A stretch of 64,000 nucleotides of DNA from Patescibacteria group bacterium (GCA_018895235.1 JAHIOM010000010.1:2406-66405), one strand, 5' to 3'. Counted from the stretch's first letter, positions 18,465 through 27,240 are shown. Program-made: numbers and translations. The notes: generated by a model from the letters alone, not told the origin.

Positions 18465-18959
18465 GTGATTATTCTTGGTATAGATCCGGGCACAGCCATC
18501 ACGGGATATGGAATCGTTAAAAAAAGTAAAGACAGAAAATTTACTGTTCTTGATTATGGCTGCATTTTTACACAGCCAAACCAATCAAGCGGTAATAGGT
18601 TAAAGAAAATTTACAACGAGATTGAAAAATTAATAAAAAAATATAAACCAGATTTAATTTCTGTTGAAAGTATATATTTCTTTAAAAATTTAAAAACCGC
18701 GATGCCTGTCAGCCAAGCGAAGGGAGTAATTATATTGGCTGCGGCGAAAAAAAACATTCCAATTTGTGAAGTAACACCTCTCCAAGTTAAAATGGCGGTG
18801 GTAGGATACGGTCGTGCCGAGAAAAAACAAGTGCAAAAAATGATTAAAAACCTGCTTAATTTGGAGGAAAAACCAAAAGATAAAGGCAAGAGAAAAGACG
18901 ACGCGGCTGATGCTTTGGGCGTTGCTATTTGCGGTGGGTTAAAATATTATTCAATTTAA
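18465..18959 (+). CDS. ruvC: crossover junction endodeoxyribonuclease RuvC
   Basis: IILGIDPGTAITGYGIV, and DAADALGVAIC near the C-terminus. GTG start. Confidence 0.9.
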   Translation: MIILGIDPGTAITGYGIVKKSKDRKFTVLDYGCIFTQPNQSSGNRLKKIYNEIEKLIKKYKPDLISVESIYFFKNLKTAMPVSQAKGVIILAAAKKNIPICEVTPLQVKMAVVGYGRAEKKQVQKMIKNLLNLEEKPKDKGKRKDDAADALGVAICGGLKYYSI

Positions 18960-18973
18960 AAAGTTTTCCACTA

Positions 18974-19001
18974 TTGACAAGAGTTCCCAAAAAAATACAA
19001 T
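18974..19001 (+). promoter_or_regulatory. sigma70-type promoter (TTGACA-N16-TACAAT)
   Basis: TTGACA at 18974-18979 and TACAAT at 18996-19001. The ATG of the first mini-ORF starts 5 nt after the -10 box. Confidence 0.55.
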
Positions 19002-19005
19002 AATT

Positions 19006-19183
19006 ATGAATGAGGAAGGAAAAGGAAAGCTTGCTTTCATATTCCGACCGAATGAAATAATTATATAGACCAATGGTCTCTATAATTTAATACCATGAAT
19101 GAGGAAGGAAAAGGAAAGCTTGCTTTCATATTCCGACCGAATGAAATCATTATATAGACCGAGGGTCTCTATGATAATAATAA
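19006..19183 (+). repeat. two tandem 89-nt units, each with an identical 20-codon ORF plus a hairpin
   Basis: 19006-19068 and 19095-19157 both encode MNEEGKGKLAFIFRPNEIII. The only difference inside the ORF is ATA/ATC, which is synonymous. Each ORF ends in a hairpin TATAGACC nnn GGTCTCTATA overlapping the stop. Confidence 0.8.
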
Positions 19184-19221
19184 AAGAAGGTTAATTCAAA
19201 AATTACTCAAAAGGTCGAGTA

Positions 19222-19491
19222 GGGGCCTAGGATTTGAACCAGAACCAGATTTAGAAGCCAAAAAATGAGATGATTCCAAGGCGCGACGACCGAAATGTAG
19301 TTTTACACTACATTGAGCAGGAGCAACGCAGAAATCATCCATTTTCTAGCTTTCCTTCGGGCGGAACGAATTCAGACAATCTTCTTCGTTGCTCGTCGCT
19401 CACGATATATTTATATCGCATCGCTCCTCGCGTCTTGAATCTTGCTTGAATTCGTCCCGCTAAATTGGTTTTAGTTCGAATCCTAGGCCCC
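19222..19491. other. 270-nt imperfect palindrome / rod-like structured element (ncRNA or MITE-like), class unknown
   Basis: Outer arms 19222-19254 and 19460-19491 pair over about 32 bp. Several further internal complementarities. Composition is more GC-rich than the surroundings. Confidence 0.6.
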
Positions 19492-19565
19492 AGTCTTAAA
19501 AATTAAAAAACGAGCCCAGGTTCATCGTCCAACAAAACCTGGAGCCGTTAGAAAAAGTGGAGAAT

Positions 19566-19724
19566 ATGCCAGAGGAATACTTAACTCGCTTTATTAACTT
19601 TGATGATGATGATGATCTCGAAGACACAAGCTGGGGGAAAGAAGAAACCGAAGAAGAAGAATCAAAAGAAGAAGGAGACGGAGATGTGGCAGAAGTAAAA
19701 GAGGAAGAAGACGAAGAAGAATAA
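19566..19724 (+). CDS. small hyper-acidic protein (52 aa), unknown
   Basis: GGAG lies 7 nt upstream of the ATG. Sequence MPEEYLTRFINFDDDDDLEDTSWGKEETEEEESKEEGDGDVAEVKEEEDEEE. Followed by a clean terminator. Not in the track (<60 aa). Confidence 0.5.
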   Translation: MPEEYLTRFINFDDDDDLEDTSWGKEETEEEESKEEGDGDVAEVKEEEDEEE

Positions 19725-19733
19725 AACTATTTA

Positions 19734-19763
19734 AAAACCCCACTAATTAAAAGTGGGGTTTTT
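19734..19763 (+). terminator. intrinsic terminator
   Basis: AAAACCCCACT aattaaa AGTGGGGTTTTT. Confidence 0.8.
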
Positions 19764-19834
19764 AAATCTCCTAACACTTTATTTTTAGATAGATTTGGTA
19801 TTTAATAAAGTAAGGGGTCTAGGACCCCTAATTA

Positions 19835-22012
19835 ATGACAATAATAGATCAACTTAAAAAGCAATATTCAGGCAGGAAAAGAAAAAGATTTTATCGTAAA
19901 AAAAAGACCCTTTCCCGTTTTTTGAAATACGCGGCCCTGCTTTTTATATCAGTGCTGGCTTTTATTTTATTCTTATTTATATATTATGGCCGAGATTTAC
20001 CCCGTCCGGAAAAATTCACTGAGAGACCCTTTATCCAATCGACAAAAATATATGACAGAACCGGGAAGATAGTTCTTTATGATATATATGGAGAAGAAAA
20101 AAGGGAAATTATTTCCTTAGACCAAATGTCAGATAATATAAAAAAAGCTGTAATAGCTGTTGAAGACAGCAGATTTTACCAGCACAACGGCGTTGATATA
20201 AGGGGGATTATAAGAGCTATAATGGTTGATTTAAAACTCGGAAGCCCGAGCCAAGGGGCGTCAACTATCACCCAACAGCTTATCCGGTCTTCTTTTTTGA
20301 CCAGAACAAAAACTGTGGAAAGGAAAATTAAAGAAATTATTTTGGCAATTGAATTAGAAAAAAAATATTCAAAAGACCAAATATTAGAGTGGTATTTAAA
20401 CCAAATACCTTTCAGCGAAAATTGTTATGGAGTAGAGGCAGCCAGCCGAACATATTTCAGAAAGCCTGCCTCGGATTTGTCTTTACCCGAATCAGCGGTT
20501 CTAGCCGCTATAATAGCCGCTCCGAGTTATTATTCCCCTTATGGCTCAAACAAAGATGCGCTTTTAGAAAGGAAAGATTTTGTTTTGGGCCGGATGGAAA
20601 AATTAGGGTTTATAAGCAAGGAAGAGTACGAAGCAGTTTTATCAGAAGAAATAGAATTTTCGCCTATAACAAGGTATATTAAAGCGCCCCATTTTGTTTT
20701 TTATGTTAAAAATTACCTGGAAAACGAATACGGTGAAGATTATTTAAAGGAAAAAGGATTAAAAGTTTATACTAGTTTAGATTGGGAAATACAAAAACAT
20801 ACGGAAGAGGTTATTGAAGAGGCAACAAAGAAAAGCGCAGGATATAACGCTAATAATGCTGCGGCAGTTGTTTTAAATCCTAAAACAGGTGAAATCCTGG
20901 CGCTTGTCGGCTCAAAAGATTATTTTGGCACCTCTTATCCAGAGGGTTGCAATTCCCGCAAGGGCGAATGCTTGTTTGACCCTTATTTTGATGTAGCTAT
21001 CTTGGGCGAAAGACAGCCCGGCTCTGCTTTTAAACCCTTTGTTTATGCGACTGCTTTTGATAAGGGATATACTCCGTCAACTATTTTATGGGACGTCCAG
21101 ACCGAGTTTAACCCCAACTGTGACCCTAACGCCACTCAAAATAAAGACCAATACGGATTAAATTGTTATCATCCCCGCAATTATGATGAATCTTTTCGAG
21201 GTATAGTTAGTCTGCGGCAAGCAATAGCTCAATCTTTAAATCTGCCGTCTGTAAAAGTTTTATATCTCGCCGGGGTTGAAGATAGTCTTAAAACGGCTGT
21301 GAATTTAGGAATCACAACTCTTACTGACCCTGACCGCTATGGCTTATCTTTGGTTTTGGGAGGTGGAGAAGTTAATTTGTTGGAAATAACCTCGGCTTAC
21401 GGGGTATTTGCCACCGAAGGTTTGAGGGTCCCGCCAGTTAGTATTTTAAAAATAGAGGATGCTGACGGAAATATTATTAAAGAAAATAAAAAAGCACCAA
21501 AAAGGGTTTTAAACATCCAAGTGGCAAGAACGATAAATGATGTCCTATCTGATAATGATGCCCGCGTCCCGGCCTTTTCAAGAAATAATCCTCTCTATTT
21601 CGAAAATTACCAAGTAGCAGCAAAAACAGGTACCACTTCTAATTATGTCGATGTTTGGACAATTGGATATACTCCTTTTGCGGTGGTAGGCGTTTGGGCG
21701 GGCAATAATAACAGCGCCCCTATTGATAAAAAGAGCGGTATAGGATTAGCTGCGCCTATTTGGCGAAAGATTATGGAAAAATTATTAGATACCAACCCTG
21801 AAGAAAACTTTGTTAAACCAGACCTTACCCAAATCAATAAACCCATTTTAAACGGCCAAACTATCCCGGGAGAAAACCATGAAATTTTATACTATATTGA
21901 TAAAAATAATCCCCTAGGCGATTCGCCTCAAAATCCCGCTGATGACCCCCAATATATTATGTGGGAAAAGGGGGTTGAAAATTGGCTGAACCAACATATA
22001 TCATCAGAGTAA
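19835..22012 (+). CDS. class A penicillin-binding protein (glycosyltransferase + transpeptidase)
   Basis: GT51 motifs AVIAVEDSRFYQHNGVD and GASTITQQL. Transpeptidase motifs SAFKPF (SxxK) and KTGTT. Confidence 0.9.
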   Translation: MTIIDQLKKQYSGRKRKRFYRKKKTLSRFLKYAALLFISVLAFILFLFIYYGRDLPRPEKFTERPFIQSTKIYDRTGKIVLYDIYGEEKREIISLDQMSDNIKKAVIAVEDSRFYQHNGVDIRGIIRAIMVDLKLGSPSQGASTITQQLIRSSFLTRTKTVERKIKEIILAIELEKKYSKDQILEWYLNQIPFSENCYGVEAASRTYFRKPASDLSLPESAVLAAIIAAPSYYSPYGSNKDALLERKDFVLGRMEKLGFISKEEYEAVLSEEIEFSPITRYIKAPHFVFYVKNYLENEYGEDYLKEKGLKVYTSLDWEIQKHTEEVIEEATKKSAGYNANNAAAVVLNPKTGEILALVGSKDYFGTSYPEGCNSRKGECLFDPYFDVAILGERQPGSAFKPFVYATAFDKGYTPSTILWDVQTEFNPNCDPNATQNKDQYGLNCYHPRNYDESFRGIVSLRQAIAQSLNLPSVKVLYLAGVEDSLKTAVNLGITTLTDPDRYGLSLVLGGGEVNLLEITSAYGVFATEGLRVPPVSILKIEDADGNIIKENKKAPKRVLNIQVARTINDVLSDNDARVPAFSRNNPLYFENYQVAAKTGTTSNYVDVWTIGYTPFAVVGVWAGNNNSAPIDKKSGIGLAAPIWRKIMEKLLDTNPEENFVKPDLTQINKPILNGQTIPGENHEILYYIDKNNPLGDSPQNPADDPQYIMWEKGVENWLNQHISSE

Positions 22013-22020
22013 TTTTTAAA

Positions 22021-22046
22021 AAGCCGCCCCGTAAGGGCGGCTTTTA
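22021..22046. terminator. bidirectional intrinsic terminator
   Basis: AAAGCCGCCC cgtaa GGGCGGCTTTT, between the convergent PBP gene and dnaN. Confidence 0.85.
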
Positions 22047-22068
22047 GTTACAAGTTTTTCGCCTATAT

Positions 22069-23193
22069 TCAAGTTGATTTTATCGGCATCACAACATAAA
22101 TATAGCTTGAATCGCCGATTGGTTTCAAAATACACGGCCCATCTTCCCCATTTAGATCAAGCGCTAATTCAGAACTTTTAATGTTTAAAATACCATCTAT
22201 CAGAAATTTATGGTTGAAAGATATCTCTATTGGTTCGCCCTCTATTTTGGTGGGCAAACTAGATTTGCTTTCTCCAATATCGGGATTATGGGCAGATATT
22301 TCAATATTTTTTTTAACGGGATCAACATTAAATTTTATCTCGTTGATTTTACCACTAAACAAAGAGGCGGCTTTAATGTGATTCAAAAATTCTTCTTTTT
22401 TGGCAACAATGTGGGTTTTAAATTTTTTAGGTATAATTTCTTGATAATTAGGATATTCCCCCTCAATCAGGCGGGAAAAAATCTGCACTTGGGGGTGGTT
22501 CATTTCTTTTATTGGAAATTCAAAAAGGGTTTGATTACCAGAAAAACAAATTTTCAAATCGCCGTCCTTTTCTCCTAGTGTGTTTATTATTTCTCTAACT
22601 GATTTTTGGGGTAGGATTATCGCATAATTTTTCTTGTTTTTATTTTCGACTGAAATGGTTTTTTCCGCCAACCTAAAACTATCTGTCGCAGCTATTTTTA
22701 ATGTGTTTTGGGAAAATAATAAATAAATACCAGAAATTTCCGGCCGCGCCTGAGATGTGGAAGCAACATCTACTATTTGTGCCAAACCATTACAAAAACT
22801 TTTGTTATCAATCATTAAAAATTCATAATCTTTTACTTCTGGGATAATGGGAAAATCCTCGGGATTAAATCCTTGTATTTGGGTTTTATAATTTTTACAC
22901 TCTAATAATAAATTTTGTTTTTTTTCTTCCAAAGAGATTTTTTCTTCTAGTAATAAAGAAACAAAATTAGCGAGAAATCTAACAGGAACAACTATTTTTC
23001 CTTTTTTTGTATTTTTTGCTAAAACCCAATATTTTATAGCCGTTTCTAAATCAGTGGCGGTTAATAAAAGAAAATTATCTTCAGTGTTTATTAAAACATT
23101 ATCTAAAATTGGTAAAGATATATTTTTCCCAACCACTTTTTCTACAATATTTAATCCGATTTTAATATTATTTTTTAAAACTTCTGCTTTCAT
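22069..23193 (-). CDS. dnaN: DNA polymerase III beta sliding clamp
   Basis: 374 aa immediately downstream of dnaA. Typical start MKAEVLKNNIKIGLNIVEKVV...LPIL.NVLI. Confidence 0.9.
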   Translation of the reverse strand: MKAEVLKNNIKIGLNIVEKVVGKNISLPILDNVLINTEDNFLLLTATDLETAIKYWVLAKNTKKGKIVVPVRFLANFVSLLLEEKISLEEKKQNLLLECKNYKTQIQGFNPEDFPIIPEVKDYEFLMIDNKSFCNGLAQIVDVASTSQARPEISGIYLLFSQNTLKIAATDSFRLAEKTISVENKNKKNYAIILPQKSVREIINTLGEKDGDLKICFSGNQTLFEFPIKEMNHPQVQIFSRLIEGEYPNYQEIIPKKFKTHIVAKKEEFLNHIKAASLFSGKINEIKFNVDPVKKNIEISAHNPDIGESKSSLPTKIEGEPIEISFNHKFLIDGILNIKSSELALDLNGEDGPCILKPIGDSSYIYVVMPIKST

Positions 23194-23277
23194 AATTATA
23201 TCTTTATATTTAATAAATTATTATTGTTATTTAAAAGTTTTTTTATATTGATAAATTATTTTTCTATCTTATTTTTC

Positions 23278-23367
23278 TGTGAATTAATTGTGGATTTTTA
23301 AAGCGATATTAATAATAAAAAAAATTGGATAATTTTTAATAATATTTTTCCACCAAGATTATCCACT
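23278..23367. promoter_or_regulatory. DnaA-box-like cluster in the dnaA-dnaN spacer
   Basis: TGTGAATTA (23278), TGTGGATTT (23289), TTGGATAA (23325) and TTATCCACT (23359, overlapping the dnaA stop). Each is within 1-2 mismatches of TTATCCACA/TGTGGATAA. Confidence 0.5.
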
Positions 23368-24717
23368 ATATATCCTCTGTTTTATCAGGTTTATTTCCTC
23401 AGTTAATTTATCATTTTCTTCAAATTTTTGTGAGACCTTCCGACAAGCATAAATAGCGGTTGTGTGATCTTTCCCTCCAAATTTTCTTGCGATTGCAGGA
23501 AAGGAATATTTAAGTTCTTTTCTTAATAAAAACATCGCTACTTGGCGGGGTCCCACAATCTCTTTTCTTCTAGTGGCCTCAAAAAGGTCTTTTTCCTCTA
23601 AATTATAAAATTTAGCGACAACCTCTATTATTTTTTTATAGTTAGCGATATCAAAAGGAGAAAATATATAACTCTTCAGAAGTTTTTTCGCGACTTCGAG
23701 GGTTGGTGGCGTATTGTTTATTTTATAATAAATTAATAAACGGTTTAATGCTCCCTCTAATTCTCTAATGTTTTTTTTGACGTTGTTGGTGATATAATCT
23801 AAAATTTCCTCGGGCAATTCTGAATGTTTTTCTTGGAGTTTTGTTTTTAAAATAACCAATCTTGTTTCATAGTCCGGGAGACTAATATCGGCGATCATCC
23901 CCCCCTCGAAACGCGACCTTAGTCTTTCTTCTAGTTCCGGGATGGCATTTGGAGGGCGGTCGGACGACAAGATAATTTGCTTGTTTTTTTCATATAAAGC
24001 GTTAAAAGCATGGAAAAATTCTTCTTGGGTTTTATTTTTCCCGGCTAAAAATTGGACGTCATCAATAATAAGGACATCAATCAAAGATAGGCTTGTTTTA
24101 AAGGCGTCAATGCTGTGGTTTCTGATAGCCGTGACAATACCGGTAACAAATTTTTCAGAAGAGATATATTTAACTTTTTTCTTTTTTAGGCTTTCAATAA
24201 TTTTGTTTCCAACTGCCTGCAAAAGGTGGGTCTTCCCGAGCCCCACTCCGCCATAAATAAAAAGCGGGTTGTAGGTGAACCCCGGGTTTTCAGATACCGC
24301 CAGGGCGGCGGCGTGAGCCAGTTCGTTAAAAGATCCGACAACAAAATTATCAAAAGTATAACGGGGGTTGAGATTGGTTTCTTTATCAACTTTGAACTCT
24401 TCGAAATTGAGCTGTTCAATGTTGATTTTTTCAGTAGTGAGGGACGGCTTTAAATTAGGAGATTTTGAAGATTGGGGCCTGATTATATATTCAACCTCTT
24501 TAATTTTGTCGTCAATCCCGTGCAGACCTTTCAAAATTAATTTATTGTATTTATTGCTTAACCACTCTTTGGAAAAAGCGTTGGGAACCGAAACTACCAC
24601 TATTCCATCTTTTTTTGAAATAACCTCCGTGTTTTGAAACCAGGTAGCAAAGTTTGCTTTAGAAATATGAAATTGTATTTGGGCTAAAACAGATTGCCAA
24701 ATATCTTTGTTTTCCAT
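23359..24717 (-). CDS. dnaA: chromosomal replication initiator DnaA
   Basis: Walker A GGVGLGKTHLL, Walker B VLIIDDVQFL, and C-terminal DNA-binding motif FGGKDHTTAIYA. Confidence 0.95.
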   Translation of the reverse strand: MENKDIWQSVLAQIQFHISKANFATWFQNTEVISKKDGIVVVSVPNAFSKEWLSNKYNKLILKGLHGIDDKIKEVEYIIRPQSSKSPNLKPSLTTEKINIEQLNFEEFKVDKETNLNPRYTFDNFVVGSFNELAHAAALAVSENPGFTYNPLFIYGGVGLGKTHLLQAVGNKIIESLKKKKVKYISSEKFVTGIVTAIRNHSIDAFKTSLSLIDVLIIDDVQFLAGKNKTQEEFFHAFNALYEKNKQIILSSDRPPNAIPELEERLRSRFEGGMIADISLPDYETRLVILKTKLQEKHSELPEEILDYITNNVKKNIRELEGALNRLLIYYKINNTPPTLEVAKKLLKSYIFSPFDIANYKKIIEVVAKFYNLEEKDLFEATRRKEIVGPRQVAMFLLRKELKYSFPAIARKFGGKDHTTAIYACRKVSQKFEENDKLTEEINLIKQRIYSG

Positions 24718-25016
24718 GTGCGATTATTTATGTTTTCTCCCTACTAAGGAGAATTTAATATAACTTACACTACAATATTAATATTTTCGGGTCAATAATT
24801 TCAAATAAATAATGTCGTTTCCTATTATACTAAATATTAAGCCAATCAAGAAATGAACACAAAACCCCTTCCCCTGTTATTAAGCTGTGGATAATTTGTG
24901 TAAGCTTGTGAATTATGTTTTTAGTTTTGTCAATTGACCGTCAAACAATATTATATTATACTAATTACATAAATAATAATTTATTTCCATATTAAAAATG
25001 GATATTTTTTAATAAA
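24718..25016. other. candidate oriC segment (dnaA / rpmH divergent spacer)
   Basis: Very AT-rich 300-bp spacer with a perfect DnaA box TGTGGATAA at 24886-24894 and TGTGAATTA at 24907-24915. Confidence 0.5.
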
Positions 25017-25151
25017 ATGAGTTTTACTTATAAACCGAAAAAGAAAAAAAGGAAAAGAACCCACGGATTTTTACGAAGAATGAAGACAAATCAAGGGAAA
25101 ACAGTGGTCCAGCGCAGGCGAAGGAAAAATAGAAGAAAATTGACAGTATAA
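25017..25151 (+). CDS. rpmH: 50S ribosomal protein L34
   Basis: MSFTYKPKKKKRKRTHGFLRRMKTNQGKTVVQRRRRKNRRKLTV. 44 aa, below the track cutoff. Confidence 0.9.
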   Translation: MSFTYKPKKKKRKRTHGFLRRMKTNQGKTVVQRRRRKNRRKLTV

Positions 25152-25209
25152 ATAGTTATATTGTTTTTTGCGGTAGCTGAAAATTCCGCTACTCCGGTTT
25201 GTAAAATAT

Positions 25210-25554
25210 ATGTTATCCAAAGAACATAAAATTACCCAAAAAAAAGATTTTGAAAATATTTTCCGAAAGGGAGTTAGTTTTAAAGAAGGTTTTTTAATAC
25301 TAAAAACCAGTCGTAATTCTTCTCAGACGAGCCGATTTGCCTTTATCGCAAGCCAGAAAGTGTCAAAAAAAGCGACAATCAGGAATAAAATTAGAAGGCA
25401 GTTAAAAGAATTAATAAGGTCGCGAGTAAGCGAGATTAAAAAAGGGACCGATAATGTGTTTATTGCCTTATCGGGTTTGGAAAACAAAAATTCCGATGAG
25501 ATAAAAAACACCCTAGTCGATCTTTTGAAAAAAGCCAAGTTAATTAAAAATTAA
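25210..25554 (+). CDS. rnpA: ribonuclease P protein component
   Basis: Position after rpmH. Basic RNR-type motif ATIRNKIRRQLKE. Confidence 0.85.
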   Translation: MLSKEHKITQKKDFENIFRKGVSFKEGFLILKTSRNSSQTSRFAFIASQKVSKKATIRNKIRRQLKELIRSRVSEIKKGTDNVFIALSGLENKNSDEIKNTLVDLLKKAKLIKN

Positions 25555-25605
25555 GAACCATGCCTGCGGGCAAAACCTTGATTCGCTAATGTATAATTAT
25601 ATAAT
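25553..25605 (+). repeat. hairpin cassette family, copy C, with TTGATT-N16-TATAAT
   Basis: AAGAACC ATGCCTGCGGGCA AAACCTTGATTCGCTAATGTATAATTATATAAT. It starts on the rnpA stop codon and ends 30 nt upstream of yidC. Confidence 0.8.
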
Positions 25606-25635
25606 CTTAGATTAAGACAATTAAAACAATTAAAA

Positions 25636-26367
25636 ATGTTTGAATCTTTAATAAGAATTTTCGACTTAACCTTATACCAACCATTATTTAATTTTTTAGT
25701 CCTTTTGTATAATTATTTACCAGGTCGTGATTTCGGTGTGGCGGTTATTGTTTTGACTTTAATTATCAGATTGGTTTTATATCCCTCTTCTGCAAAATCA
25801 ATCAAAACCCAAAAGATTTTAAATGAAATACAGCCCAAAATCAAAGAAATCCAAAAAAAATATAAAGACGACAAAGAAAAACAAGTTAAAGAAACAATGG
25901 GGTTGTACAAACAGGCAAAAATTAACCCGTTTAGCGGTTTTTTGTCCACTTTTATTCAACTTCCCCTTTTAATTGCGCTTTACCGTGTTTTTTGGAGGGG
26001 TTTTCAAACAGAAGAACTGGTAAACCTATATAGTTTTGTGCCCAACCCCGGATTTATCAACGCAACTTTTTTGGGGATGATAGATCTTTCTAAGCCGAAC
26101 ATAATTCTAGCAGTATTGGCAGGAGCGTTACAATTTGTGCAAACTAAAACTATGTTGGCTAAAAACAAAGGGGCAACTGACAAAACATCTGGTTTTGCCA
26201 AAACAATGCAAAAGCAAATGGTATTTTTCTTCCCATTTTTAACAATTATAATTCTTTTAAGATTGCCCTCTGCCCTTGGTTTATATTGGGTAATAGGTTC
26301 TTTATTTTTAATAACAGAGCAATATATTATAAACAAAAAAAGAATCGCTAAAGAAACCAAAATATGA
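25636..26367 (+). CDS. yidC: membrane protein insertase YidC/Oxa1 (short form)
   Basis: GVAVIVLTLIIRLVLYPSSAKSIKTQ...IQPKIKEIQKKYKDD. Multi-TM. Conserved rnpA-yidC-jag order. Confidence 0.9.
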   Translation: MFESLIRIFDLTLYQPLFNFLVLLYNYLPGRDFGVAVIVLTLIIRLVLYPSSAKSIKTQKILNEIQPKIKEIQKKYKDDKEKQVKETMGLYKQAKINPFSGFLSTFIQLPLLIALYRVFWRGFQTEELVNLYSFVPNPGFINATFLGMIDLSKPNIILAVLAGALQFVQTKTMLAKNKGATDKTSGFAKTMQKQMVFFFPFLTIIILLRLPSALGLYWVIGSLFLITEQYIINKKRIAKETKI

Positions 26368-26876
26368 TTGATACAGACGATTTAAAGAAAATCAAGGAGA
26401 AGGTTGAGGAATTTTTTCAGAGAATGACAATTGATGCCCAAATTGATATTAAAACCAACATATCGGAAGCTGGCGATGTTTTGCAAGAGGGAGATGGTAT
26501 TGTTAAACAAGAAAGTCGTGATGCCGTGGATATAAATATAAATACCAGCGAACCCCAAATTCTAATCGGGGAGAAAGGGCAAACCTTAAATGAAATCCAA
26601 AGGGTTTTAAGGGCAGTGCTCATTAAAAAAACAGGGGAAATCTTTTATCTTAACCTTGACATCAACGACTATAAAAAGAAAAAAACAGAGTATCTCAAAA
26701 GTTTAGCTCGCGATCTGGCTAATGAGGTGGTTTTAAATAAGGAGCCAAAAATCCTTGACCCCATGTCTTCTTATGAAAGAAGGATTATCCATACAGAACT
26801 ATCGGCTAGGCCCGATATAAAAACAGAAAGCGAGGGAGAAGAGCCATATAGGAGGGTTGTTATCAAACCTCGTTAA
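26364..26876 (+). CDS. jag: Jag/SpoIIIJ-associated KH + R3H RNA-binding protein
   Basis: R3H motif MSSYERRIIHTELS. ATGA overlap with yidC. Confidence 0.85.
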   Translation: MIDTDDLKKIKEKVEEFFQRMTIDAQIDIKTNISEAGDVLQEGDGIVKQESRDAVDININTSEPQILIGEKGQTLNEIQRVLRAVLIKKTGEIFYLNLDINDYKKKKTEYLKSLARDLANEVVLNKEPKILDPMSSYERRIIHTELSARPDIKTESEGEEPYRRVVIKPR

Positions 26877-26915
26877 GAGAATATTAAACTATTAATATTC
26901 AAAAGTTATTTCGAA

Positions 26916-26945
26916 CAAAGCCGGGCGTAAGCCCGGCTTTGTTTT
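26916..26945 (+). terminator. intrinsic terminator (AAAGCCGGGC-type)
   Basis: CAAAGCCGGGC gtaa GCCCGGCTTTG TTTT. Confidence 0.8.
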
Positions 26946-27011
26946 GACTAATCGTTTGGTTTTTCTGACATATTATCTGCCGTTAGACCCGGCGCCTCGT
27001 TTGCGTTCCCG

Positions 27012-27215
27012 TCATATGGTCATTCTGCTTTTTCTTAATTGTTTTGCGATGTTTTCCTTTTTTACCTTGGTTTTTAACTGGGCTGCTAACCCATTTCTTT
27101 TTTCTATTGTAAAATATTTGTAGAGCATGTCCATTATCGGATTAATGGTTAATGGCTTTCCATTGTCTATTTTAACCGATAATGACTGCCCTATTTTGTT
27201 ATTACGATGTTGCAC
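27012..27215 (-). CDS. hypothetical small protein (GTG start), doubtful
   Basis: 67-aa ORF from the track. No SD and no recognisable motif. Confidence 0.2.
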   Translation of the reverse strand: MQHRNNKIGQSLSVKIDNGKPLTINPIMDMLYKYFTIEKRNGLAAQLKTKVKKENIAKQLRKSRMTI

Positions 27216-27240
27216 TTCAGAATAGAATGTAGCAGACCGC

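Noticed and set aside
19006-19183. CRISPR array or tandem riboswitch.
   Set aside because: There are only two units with an 89-nt period and no unique spacers. The units are near-identical across their full length, consistent with a recent duplication, and match no riboswitch consensus I can recall.
19222-19491. tmRNA (ssrA), suggested by the GGGGCC... 5' end, a GGAUUCGAAC-like string and a ...CCUAGGCCCCA 3' end.
   Set aside because: The two ends form one continuous ~32-bp helix, leaving no separate T-arm. The acceptor would have G3:C70 rather than the G:U alanine identity pair. No internal reading frame ends in a plausible ...(L/A)AA tag. At 270 nt it is also short for tmRNA.
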